From the NCBI GenBank assembly GCA_963745035.1, contig CAVUVW010000010.1, positions 140,632 to 204,631 on the forward strand: 64,000 nt of DNA. Reading direction: 5' to 3'. The position numbers and the translations under genes were made by a program. Below are positions 9,142 through 18,852 of this stretch, piece after piece. The notes under the pieces are model-generated. The model saw nothing but the letters and a program-made list of their open reading frames with translations, had not been told where the DNA came from and ran no database searches. The stretch comes from an uncultured delta proteobacterium (GTDB lineage Bacteria; Desulfobacterota; Binatia; UBA9968). Numbering within the stretch: the first letter of the stretch is position 1; the number at the start of each line of letters is the position of its first letter.

Positions 9142-9290
9142 GGCTACCCGCCTCAGGTTTAATAGGCGAATACTAGCCCAACAACATGCAGCGATCAACC
9201 GACTTTGCTTCGCGCAGTCGCCGCGATCCAAGGGCAAAACGCGATTACATTGACGATGGTTTAATGGTAAAAATGCACTACGGAGGCAAA

Positions 9291-10737
9291 ATGGCTGCGA
9301 CAAATCTGCCAGCGACTTTTTTCGATCAAAACTTTGCCATTCGCTCCGGAGACCTAGAAAAGGTGCTCGATCAAGCGTTGGGCAAAAAGGCGGACTACGC
9401 CGATCTCTACTTCGAATATCGGCGCAACGAAGGGGTGGGTCTGGAAGAAGGTCTGGTCAAAAACTGCTCGCAATCCACCGCCAACGGTGTCGGCGTGCGC
9501 GTGCTGGCCGAGACCAAAACCGGCTACGCCTATACCGACGATATCACCATCGAGAATCTCGAGATCGCCGCGCGCACGGCGCGCTACATCGCGCAGAATC
9601 GCGCCACCGACACTCCGGCGCCCGTCGGCGCTTCCGGGGGATCGCCGCGCGATCTCTATCCGGTCGCAACGCCGGTCAACGACGTCGCTTTGGAAAAGAA
9701 AGTGGAGCTGCTCTACGAGATCGACAAATTCGCGCGCGGTCTCGATGCGCGCGTGAAAAATGTCTTCGTTTCTCTCGGCAGCGAGTACAAGGTGATCTAC
9801 GTCGCAAGCTCGCAGGGAGTGAGAGTCGGCGATATTCAGCCGCTCACCCGGCTCAACGTGAGCTGCATCGTCGAAGAGAACGGCAACCGGCAGATCGGCA
9901 GCTTCGGCGGCGGCGGCCGGGTGGAGTACGGCTTTTTCGTCGATCATCAGGACTGGCAGCGCTATGCGCGCGAGGCGGTCCGCCAGGCGATTCTCAACCT
10001 CGACGCCATCGATGCTCCGGCGGGCACCATGGACGTGGTGCTGGGCCCGGGCTGGCCGGGAATCTTGCTCCACGAGGCGATCGGCCACGGGCTCGAGGGT
10101 GATTTTAATCGCAAGAAGACTTCGGCGTTCAGCGGTCGTATCGGCCAGAAAGTGGCGTCGGAGCTGTGCACGGTGGTCGACGACGGGACGATTCCTTCGC
10201 GCCGCGGTTCGATCAACATCGACGACGAAGGCACGCCGACCAACCGGACGGTGCTGATCGAGAAGGGCATTCTGAAAGGTTACTTGCAGGACAAACTCAA
10301 TGCCGGCTTGATGAAGATGCCGCTCACCGGCAACGGCCGGCGCGAAAGCTACGCGCATATTCCCATGCCGCGCATGACCAACACCTTCATGCTCGCCGGC
10401 GAGTCGGCGCCGGAGGATATCATCCGTTCGGTGGATAAGGGGCTCTACGCTGTGTCGTTCGGCGGCGGCCAGGTGGATATCACCAGCGGCAAGTTCGTTT
10501 TCTCGGCGAGCGAAGCCTATCTGATCGAAGGCGGCAAGGTGACTCGGCCGGTCAAGGGCGCCACGCTCGATTGGCAACGGGCCTGACGTGCTCACCCGGG
10601 TTTCGATGGTGGGTTCGGATCTAAAACTGGATGAAGGCGTCGGCACCTGCGGCAAGGACGGCCAATCGGTGCCGGTCGGCGTCGGGCTGCCGACCATCAA
10701 AATCGACGGCCTCACCGTCGGCGGGACGAGGGCCTGA
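9291..10737 (+). CDS. tldD: Metalloprotease TldD (indel near 10570)
   Basis: '[19 protein letters not shown]', 'MPRMTNT'; C-terminal '[16 protein letters not shown]' in a shifted frame. Confidence 0.95.
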
Positions 10738-10745
10738 AAAGCTAT

Positions 10746-10786
10746 CGTTCAAGCCGTTCAAATAGTTCAAAACGTTCAAGCAGTTT
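10746..10786. repeat. Short tandem GTTCAA repeat tract
   Basis: CGTTCAAGC-CGTTCAAAT-AGTTCAAAA-CGTTCAAGC; the same unit occurs at 45469-45566 and 55097-55159. Confidence 0.7.
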
Positions 10787-10831
10787 TCGGACGGACCTCC
10801 GAAAAACGTTTTGAACGAGCCGGGGAGTTGT

Positions 10832-12187
10832 ATGGAACGATTGGAATTGAGCCAGGAGCTGGGCCGGGAAATCCTGGCCATGGCCAAGGCCAGAGGTGCT
10901 TCGGAAGGCGACGTCGTGATGGCGGAGAGCGACTCGTTCTTCGTCACCGTGCGCATGGGTGAAGTGGAAAAAATCAGTCAGGCGGGCGAGAAGCGCCTGG
11001 GCCTGCGGCTCTTTTTCGGCAACAGCTCGGCAAGCGCATCGACGTCGGACATTTCCAAAAAGTCGATTGAAAAATTGGTCGACGACACGGCGCGGATGGC
11101 CAAGGTGACGGCGCAGGATCCGCACGGCGGCTTGCCGGCGCCCCGCGAGCTTGCGCGCGACTTGCCGCAGTTGGACCTGAGCGACGAAGCGGCGCGCGAC
11201 GTTTCCGTCGATGAAAAAATTCGGCTGGCTCTGGCGACCGAAAAGAGCGCGTTGGCGTACGACGAGCGCATCACTAACTCGGAAGGCGCGGAGTTTTCCA
11301 ACCAGTTCGGCCGCGTGATCTACGCCAGCAGCGGCGGCTTTGCCGGTGAATATTGCGGTTCTACTTTCGGCCACTCGGTCGCGCCGGTGGCGTCGCACAA
11401 CGGCGCCATGCAGCGCGATTACTGGTACTCGTCCAATCGCAAATTCGCCAGGCTCGATTCGCCGGCGCAGGTCGGCGAGCGCGCCGCGCAGCGGGTGCTG
11501 CGCCGGCTCGGCGCCCGCAAGGTGAAAACCTGCCAGGCGCCGGTCGTTTTCGATCCCGAGATGGCGGCCTCGCTGCTGCGCAATCTGGCCTCGGCCTTGT
11601 CCGGCTACTCGCTTTACAAAGGCGCATCGTTCTTGGCGGGCCGGTTGGAAACGGAGATCGGCTCCGAATTATTGACGGTGATCGACGACGGCACGATCCC
11701 CGGCGCGCTCGGCTCGCGGCCGTTCGACGGCGAGGGGCTGCCGGTCCGGAAAAAAACCGTGGTCGAAAAGGGGCGGCTGCAAAGTTATCTGCTCGATACC
11801 TACAGCGGCAAAAAATTGGGCATGCCGTCCACCGGCAACGCATCGCGCTCGGTCGGCGAGGCGCCCGGGGTGGCGCCGGCGAACTTTTATCTCGCGCCGG
11901 GCAACGAGTCTCCGGAGCAGATCATCGGCACGGTGCAAAACGGCTTCTACGTGACGGAAATGATCGGCTTTGGCGTCAACATGGTGACGGGAGATTACTC
12001 CCGCGGCGCCGCGGGCATCTGGATCGAGAACGGCGAGCTCGCGTATCCGGTGGAAGAGATCACGATTGCCGGCAATCTGAAAGAAATGTTGCGCAACATC
12101 GAAATGGTCGGCAGCGACCTTGAAATGCGCGGCCGCATCGCCGCGCCGACGATCAAAATCTCTCAAATGACGATTGCCGGTGACTAG
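10832..12187 (+). CDS. pmbA: TldE/PmbA protein
   Basis: Follows tldD; 'FDGEG', 'GVNMVTGDYSRGAAG', 'EEITIAGNL'. Confidence 0.93.
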   Translation: MERLELSQELGREILAMAKARGASEGDVVMAESDSFFVTVRMGEVEKISQAGEKRLGLRLFFGNSSASASTSDISKKSIEKLVDDTARMAKVTAQDPHGGLPAPRELARDLPQLDLSDEAARDVSVDEKIRLALATEKSALAYDERITNSEGAEFSNQFGRVIYASSGGFAGEYCGSTFGHSVAPVASHNGAMQRDYWYSSNRKFARLDSPAQVGERAAQRVLRRLGARKVKTCQAPVVFDPEMAASLLRNLASALSGYSLYKGASFLAGRLETEIGSELLTVIDDGTIPGALGSRPFDGEGLPVRKKTVVEKGRLQSYLLDTYSGKKLGMPSTGNASRSVGEAPGVAPANFYLAPGNESPEQIIGTVQNGFYVTEMIGFGVNMVTGDYSRGAAGIWIENGELAYPVEEITIAGNLKEMLRNIEMVGSDLEMRGRIAAPTIKISQMTIAGD

Positions 12188-12194
12188 CAATTCA

Positions 12195-12259
12195 CGAGGA
12201 TCGAAGATGGAGGATCGAGGATCGCTTTTCCATCTTCCATCATCGATCCTCTATCCTCG
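12195..12259. repeat. Palindromic heptamer-repeat element (GAGGATC/GAAGATG units and their reverse complements)
   Basis: CGAGGATCGAAGATGGAGGATCGAGGATCG ... CCATCTTCCATCATCGATCCTCTATCCTCG between convergent genes. Confidence 0.7.
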
Positions 12260-12268
12260 GCTTGTTCC

Positions 12269-12478
12269 CTACAAGACCTGAAAGCCCGCCTTGAGCGCCG
12301 CGCGCAGGAAGTCGTCGATATGCGATTGGCTCGGGTCAAAGTCGAGCACGGCGACGCTGCGCTCCAAGCTGAAATCGATCTTTTCGATGCCCGGAAGCGC
12401 TTGAAAGGCCGTCCGCAGCGCCGGTAGATCTTCCGCTTTGAGCTTAGCGATCGAGAGGATAGCTGTCTTAGTGCCCAT
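12269..12478 (-). CDS. Small HMA/CopZ-like ferredoxin-fold protein lacking CxxC
   Basis: 69 aa, 'LPGIEKIDFSLERSVAVLDFDP...KAGF'; AGGAGG RBS. Confidence 0.7.
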   Translation of the reverse strand: MGTKTAILSIAKLKAEDLPALRTAFQALPGIEKIDFSLERSVAVLDFDPSQSHIDDFLRAALKAGFQVL

Positions 12479-12704
12479 CGCGCCCTCCTTGTTTTGAATT
12501 TGCCAAAACTTCCTTCGATTCGCAATTCAGCATCTCGTTTCCCGCAACCCGTTTACGTTTGTACGTGCGCTCTCGCTTTGCGAAATTTTCTTGACGCGCA
12601 CGGACGACTTATGTGACAGTACTTTCGCCGATCGGCGCTGGTGTATCTTTCATGGGCGCTCTACTCAACGCATTCAAATCCACCAACATGATCAGGAGGG
12701 GAGC

Positions 12705-13136
12705 ATGGCTTACGATGTAGAAAAGCTCTTAACCCTATCCCAGGCGGATCTCGATGCTCTCTTTACCAAGAGCCCGGTAGGGGAAATTCCGGACGGAGAA
12801 GCCGATGGTACGGCGATCGTTGCGCCCGGGACAAAATTCAGCTCGACCATTGCTCATTTTGTCAGCCACTTCGCCTGGCAAGGAAAGGTGTTCGACGCCA
12901 AAAAGGGCCAGCTCAAAAACAAGATTCTTCCTTTCGGACTCAATGCAATTATCGCCAAGGTGTATAAGGCCCCGAGCTGGCTTGACGGTAAAGAATGTAT
13001 CGTATTGGATTACTCCGATACTTCGCTTGTCGCTCAATGGATTCGCGATGAGATTCGCCAGATCGAACCGAAGCTGTATTTAGGAAAAGTGTATTGGGAT
13101 AAAACGCGCCTGATCGATTTTGCGTTAAAATTCTAA
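12705..13136 (+). CDS. Hypothetical protein (143 aa), GXWXG/DUF4334-like
   Basis: AGGAGG RBS; 'LDALF', 'WQGKVF', 'SWLDGKECIVLDY', 'IRDEIRQI...YLGKVY'. Confidence 0.7.
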   Translation: MAYDVEKLLTLSQADLDALFTKSPVGEIPDGEADGTAIVAPGTKFSSTIAHFVSHFAWQGKVFDAKKGQLKNKILPFGLNAIIAKVYKAPSWLDGKECIVLDYSDTSLVAQWIRDEIRQIEPKLYLGKVYWDKTRLIDFALKF

Positions 13137-13355
13137 GCGTCTGAGAGCGTTCGGGATTTTTCCCGAGCGTCATTTTCCGGAAATCTGTTCATTGTGCTCG
13201 GAAAAGCTCTCTTCCCACCTCGCTCTCTGAGGGCGCGACGGTTTATCGCCGCTACGCGCGTGAATGGGTCCCCGCAAATTTCTTTGGCGCCGGGATTGGA
13301 CGATTGTCGGTCGACGATTTGCGCATGGGATTTGGCGCACAATGGATAAACGCGT

Positions 13356-14858
13356 ATGACGCGGATGCAACGTTTCTTTACCGGCTTGGGTTATTGTGCA
13401 GCGGCCCTCTTGCTCGTTGCCGTCATCGCGGGGGCGTGGTTAGTGGGACGCTTCGGCGCCGATATCCCCGTACCGTACAAGGACGATCTCGAACATTTCA
13501 AATACGGCTCCCTCGGCAGCGAGCACGAGTTCGGCGTGCCGTATTGGATCTGGCGAGCGCTGCCGGAGTTGTTTCAAGACAAGCTGCCACCGGGCGGCAA
13601 AGGCTGGCAGTCGGTCGGTTTTGTTTTCGAAAAGGGCAAAGATCTGCCGGTCGGGATGTCGCAGCGCCGCTATCTTGGCTTCGACGTTGTCTGGCTCAAC
13701 TGTGCCTTCTGCCACGCCGGCACCGTGCGCGAGACTCCCAAAAGTGAGCCCAAAGTTTATAGCGCCATGCCGGCCAACACCTTCGACTTCCGCGCGTTCA
13801 TGCGCTTTCTCTTCGCCACGGGCGAGGATCGGAGATTTACGCCGCAGGACATTTTGCGCCAGATCAAAATCATCCGCCAACGCGAGGGCCTCGACGATTT
13901 GCCGCTCATCGATCGTCTGGTGCTGCGTTTCTACGGCATCTACTACATGCGCGAGCGCATCCTTGCGCTGCGTGACCGCTTACAGTTCATCGCCGAGCAG
14001 CCCGAGTGGGGACCGGGGCGCGTCGACACCTTCAATCCGCTGAAAGCGTATTTCAACTTCCCGCCCGAGCAGCTTGCCAAAGAAGAGCGCATCGGCACCA
14101 CCGATTTTCCCTCGATCTGGAATCAGGGCCAGCGCGAAACGCTGAAAATGAATCTCCATTGGGACGGCAACAACGTTTCGCTGGAAGAGCGCAACCGCAG
14201 CGCAGCCATGGGCACCGGGATCACGCCGCCGACCGGTGATCGAAAAAGCTTAAAGCGCGTTGCCGATTGGCTACGCAATCTGCCGGCGCCGCCGTATCCG
14301 TTCGCCATCGACAAGAATCTCGCCGGCCAGGGCGCGCCGATCTACAAACAATATTGTTCCTCGTGCCACGGCGCCGACGGCAAAGATTTTCGCGGCGAGC
14401 AAGTCGGCAAAGTCGTGCCGATCGCCGATATTGCCACCGACCGTTGGCGTCTCGACTCGTACACGTACGACGTCACAGTGAATCAAAATCTCATTTTCGC
14501 CGGCTACGAGGGGGAGCGGTTCAGCCACTTCCGCAAAACCTTCGGCTACGCCAATAGCCCGCTCGACGGCGTCTGGTTGCGCGCGCCGTACCTTCACAAT
14601 GGCTCGGTGCCGACGTTACGCGACTTGCTCGAGCCAAGCGCACAGCGGCCTAAAACTTTTTACCGCGGCTACGACGTTTACGATCAAAAGAAGGCGGGCT
14701 TTATTTCGGACGTGAGCGAGGAAGGCGGGCGCAAATATTTTCTCTACGACACGGGACAGGACGGGAATTCCAACAGGGGCCATGAGGGAAAGCGCTACGG
14801 CACGGAGCTCACCATGGCGGAGAAGGATGCGCTGGTCGAATACCTCAAGACTTTCTGA
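13356..14858 (+). CDS. Di-heme c protein 1, RoxA/MauG-like, N-terminal membrane anchor
   Basis: CAFCH, CSSCH, 'PLDGVWLRAPYLHNGSVPTLRDLL', 'NRGHE', 'ALVEYLKTF'. Confidence 0.85.
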   Translation: MTRMQRFFTGLGYCAAALLLVAVIAGAWLVGRFGADIPVPYKDDLEHFKYGSLGSEHEFGVPYWIWRALPELFQDKLPPGGKGWQSVGFVFEKGKDLPVGMSQRRYLGFDVVWLNCAFCHAGTVRETPKSEPKVYSAMPANTFDFRAFMRFLFATGEDRRFTPQDILRQIKIIRQREGLDDLPLIDRLVLRFYGIYYMRERILALRDRLQFIAEQPEWGPGRVDTFNPLKAYFNFPPEQLAKEERIGTTDFPSIWNQGQRETLKMNLHWDGNNVSLEERNRSAAMGTGITPPTGDRKSLKRVADWLRNLPAPPYPFAIDKNLAGQGAPIYKQYCSSCHGADGKDFRGEQVGKVVPIADIATDRWRLDSYTYDVTVNQNLIFAGYEGERFSHFRKTFGYANSPLDGVWLRAPYLHNGSVPTLRDLLEPSAQRPKTFYRGYDVYDQKKAGFISDVSEEGGRKYFLYDTGQDGNSNRGHEGKRYGTELTMAEKDALVEYLKTF

Positions 14859-14894
14859 TTGATCCGATTGGCCTGGGGCGGCTGCGGAGGAACG

Positions 14895-16359
14895 ATGGCG
14901 GAACCGCAAAGGAAAAAATCCTGGTGGAAGATCGTGTTGCTGCTTGTCGTCGTTTTCGCGGCGGTGGGCGGCGCGATCGGTTGGTATAAGTTCTTTCGCG
15001 AAGAGCCGCAGCCGGATTGGATGACGGCCACGCCGGACATGCGCTTCAAGTATGGATCCATTGGCGCGGAGCATGACGCCGGCATTCCCTACTGGATCTT
15101 TTTCGTGCTGCCGCGCATGTTTCCGGAAAAACTGCCGGGCCCGGGCGGTTTGGCGTCCTTGGGCGTCGCCTGGGAACAGGGCCAGGAACTGCCGATCGGC
15201 TTCACGAAAAAAGTCATCGGTTTTGCGCGGGTGGCCAATAATTGCGCGTCGTGCCACACCGCGAGTTATCGAAAAAGTCCCGACGAGAATCCGACCTTTG
15301 TTCCCACCGGACCGAACCATACACTCAATCTGCAGGCGTTTTTCCGGTTCGTGGTCGATTGCGCCAAGGATCCCGCGCTTCAACGCTGACGAGATCATGC
15401 GCGAGATCGCGTTGGTCTACGATCTGCCGCTGCTCGATCGCATGATCTACCGCTATTTGCTGATCCCGATCACCAAGAAACGCCTGCTCGAGCGAGAAGC
15501 GCAATTCAAGTGGGTCTATCACAAGGAATTTCCGTTGTGGGGCCGGGGGCGCGACGACGCCATGAACCTCACCAAGTATTTTCTCCTCAATTGGCCGATG
15601 GACGATACGCTTGGCCCGACCGACATGCCGTCGGTATGGAATCTCAAGAAGTACCGGCCCGAGAAGGGCATGCTCATGAATCTCGCCGGCGACAGCCACG
15701 ACGCGCGCTCGGTGATCATCGATTCGGCCCTCGGCCTGCTCGCCGCCGCGCCCAATGACCGTGACGAGTTCATGGGAGAGATCGATTGGCTGGTGCAATA
15801 TCTCAGCGAGAAACAGGCGCCGCGATTCCCGTTTCCGATCAAAGAGGAGCAGGCGAAAGCCGGCAAGGCAGTCTTCGACGCTAACTGCGCGACGTGCCAT
15901 GCGAGCGAACGGACGGGCACGCGCGTGCCGGTGGAAGAAGTCGGCACCGACCGCGAGCGGCTCAAGTCCTGGAGCAAACAGGCCGCAATCGAATCGAACA
16001 AGGTGGTGCGCAATTTCGGCATTGAGCGGAAGGGTCTGGTCGAAAACGAGCCGAGCGGTTACATCGCGGCGTTTCTCGACGGCATCTGGCTGCGCGCGCC
16101 GTATCTGCATAACGGCTCGGTGCCGACGTTGCGCGATTTGCTCAATCCCGCCGCTGAGCGGCCGAAGATCTTTTACCGCGGCTATGACGTCTACGACCCG
16201 ATCAAAGTCGGTTTCGTGACCGAAGGCCCGGAAGCGCAGCGGATCGGCACGAAGTACGATGTGAGTGAACGGTCCAGCAGTAATCAAGGACATGAATTTG
16301 GCGTGCAGTTACCGGCGGCGGAAAAAGAAGCGCTGCTCGAATATCTCAAGACGCTGTGA
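14895..16359 (+). CDS. Di-heme c protein 2, RoxA/MauG-like (indel near 15372)
   Basis: CASCH, CATCH, 'LDGIWLRAPYLHNGSVPTL', 'NQGHEFG'; paralog of protein 1 ('FKYGSIG.E...GIPYWI'). Confidence 0.85.
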
Positions 16360-16438
16360 GGGTTTGTGTGCGATTGTGACGCGATGGCAGGGAAAGTCGC
16401 AGCCGACGCCGCGCCGTGCTGATGTCTGAGGGGAAAAA

Positions 16439-18836
16439 ATGAGAACACGAGGATGGACGAATTTCGCGATTGTTTTGTTTGCGGTGCTCGCTGCTGCAAG
16501 CTGCGGCAAAAAATCGCCTGAGCCCGGCACCGTCAAAGACGAGGCGCTCACCGTGGGGCGCACGGCGGAAAGCTTTCCGGCGGCCGATGAAGATTATTTC
16601 AAAGACATGGACGGCGCGGTGACTCTTACGGCCAACGAAGTCAAAGGCCGCAACAATTGGATCGTTTGGACCGGCGGTAATGACCGGTTTCTGGGATCAC
16701 CTCGTCAGCAAGAGCTTCGGTGCCGTGGATCTGCTCAAGATTCTTTCTTCCCATCCGAGCATCAAGCATCTGAGCCGGGACACGCGCTGGCAACAACTCG
16801 GTTTGGTCAATGAACCGTGCTTCGAAAAGGCCAAGGAGCCTCGCAAAGACCGCTTCGGGTTGTGGCTGGATACGCGCCGCGCCGATTGTCCCGGCGATCC
16901 TTTCGAGAACGAGCAGAAATATCCCGGCGTCAAGATCGGCGCGCGCGGGAAAAACATGCCCGTGGGCTCTTACTACGGATACGCTTCCGGAATCGTCGGC
17001 CTGCGGCTGTTTCCCAATCCGGACTTCGACGAACAAGCGGCCAAAAAATGGGACGCCGAGAAATTTTATACCGATCCGAAATACTACAACGACCGCAATC
17101 TGGTGCGGCCCTATCGGGTCGGCATGTCATGCGGATTTTGCCACATCGGGCCGAGTCCGGTGAAGCCGCCGGAAAACCCGGAAAATCCCAAATGGGAAAA
17201 TCTCAACTCCAATCCCGGCGCGCAGTATTTCTGGGTGGACCGAATTCTTTTCTGGGAGCGCGATCCGAGCAACTTCGTGTTTCAGTTGATCCACACGTCG
17301 CTTCCCGGAACTCTCGACACGTCCTTTATCTCCAGCGATTACATCAACAATCCGCGCACGATGAACGCGGTCTACAACGTCGGCGCGCGCTTGAAGATCG
17401 CCGAGCGCTGGGGTGAGGAAAAACTGGCCGGCGGCGGGCTCAAGAACAAGCAGTTTCAGAATTATCCCCAGACGGCAGTGCTGCCGCAATATTTCAAAGC
17501 GCCGGATACGGTGTTCACGCCGCGGGTATTGAAAGACGGCGCCGACTCGGTCGGCGTTCTCGGGGCGTTGAACCGGGTGTTTATCAACATCGGTCTTTTC
17601 AGCGAGGAGTGGCTGCTCCATTTCAATGCGCTCGTCGGCGGCCAAAAAGTTACGCCGATCAAAATCGAAGACGCCGAGAAAAATTCGAGCTACTGGAATG
17701 CCACGGCCGCGCAAACGGCCGACGTCGCGTTATTCTTTCTAAAAACCGCGAAGCCCGACCTGCTCAAGGACGCGCCCGGCGGGGAAAAGTATCTGAGCAC
17801 CGACAAGGCCAAGCTCAACCGCGGCAAAGTGGTATTCGCGGAGAATTGCGCGCGCTGTCATTCGAGCAAGATCCCCGAAGCGCCGCAGGGAGTCGATGAC
17901 AAGAATTGGGATCAATACTGGGCGTGGACGAAGACGGACGATTTCAAAAAGAAAATGACTGAAATGGTTTTGGCCGATGATTTTCTCAACGAGAACTATC
18001 TCTCCACCGAGCGCCGCATTCCCGTGACTCTGCTGCAGACCAACGCGTGCAGCCCGCTGGCGACCAACGCGATCGCGGGCAACATCTGGGATAATTTCTC
18101 CTCGCAAAGCTACAAGGATCTGCCTTCGGTCGGCAGCATCACCGTGCACAATCCGATCGACGGCAGCACGTCCACGTATCCAATGCCCGCCGGCGGGCGC
18201 GGCTATACGCGCGTGCCGTCCCTGATCAGCCTGTGGTCGACGGCGCCGTTCCTGTTGAACAACTCGGTGGGCAAGTTCAACTCGAGCCCATCGGTGGAAG
18301 CGCGCATGGATTCGTTCAACGACTCCATCGAAAAAATGCTTTGGCCAGAAAAGCGCGACAAGGATACGATTCTCGGCGATAAGGTTCCCGGATTCATCTA
18401 TCGAACCACCGAGACCAGCTACATCAAGCTCGCCCCGGGTTTTCTGCCGGATTCGCTGCGCAAGGTGCTCAGTTGGAACGATTGGCTGGCGAGCTGGTTC
18501 CCCTGGCTGTTGAGCGAAGAGGGAATCAGAATCGGACCAATCCCCAAAGGGACGCCGGTGAATCTGCTCACCAATATCGATCTGGATAGCAGCAAGCTCG
18601 ACCTCGCCAGGTTGGTGCTCAAAATGAAATCCGACTTGAAGGAGGTGGAAGGCAAGAGCGAAAAGGAGGCGGCCGAAGTTTTCAAGGGTCTGGTGCCGGA
18701 CCTCCTGGCAGTAAGCAAGTGTCCTGACTTCGTCGTCAACAAGGGCCACTACTTCGGCACAGGATTATCGAAGGAATCGACGCCGTTGAGCGACGACGAT
18801 AAGCGGGCGCTGATCGAATATCTGAAGACGTTCTGA
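16439..18836 (+). CDS. Large di-heme c lipoprotein 3, RoxA-like (indel near 16690)
   Basis: Lipobox 'AAASC', CGFCH, CARCH, 'PSLISLWSTAPFLLNNSVG', 'NKGHYFG', 'ALIEYLKTF'. Confidence 0.82.
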
Positions 18837-18852
18837 GCGCTTGGCAAGCAGA

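Noticed and set aside
10560-10590. Programmed frameshifting or selenocysteine readthrough in tldD and other genes
   Set aside because: There are no consistent slippery sites or SECIS-like hairpins, and homology resumes in a different frame, which fits sequencing indels.
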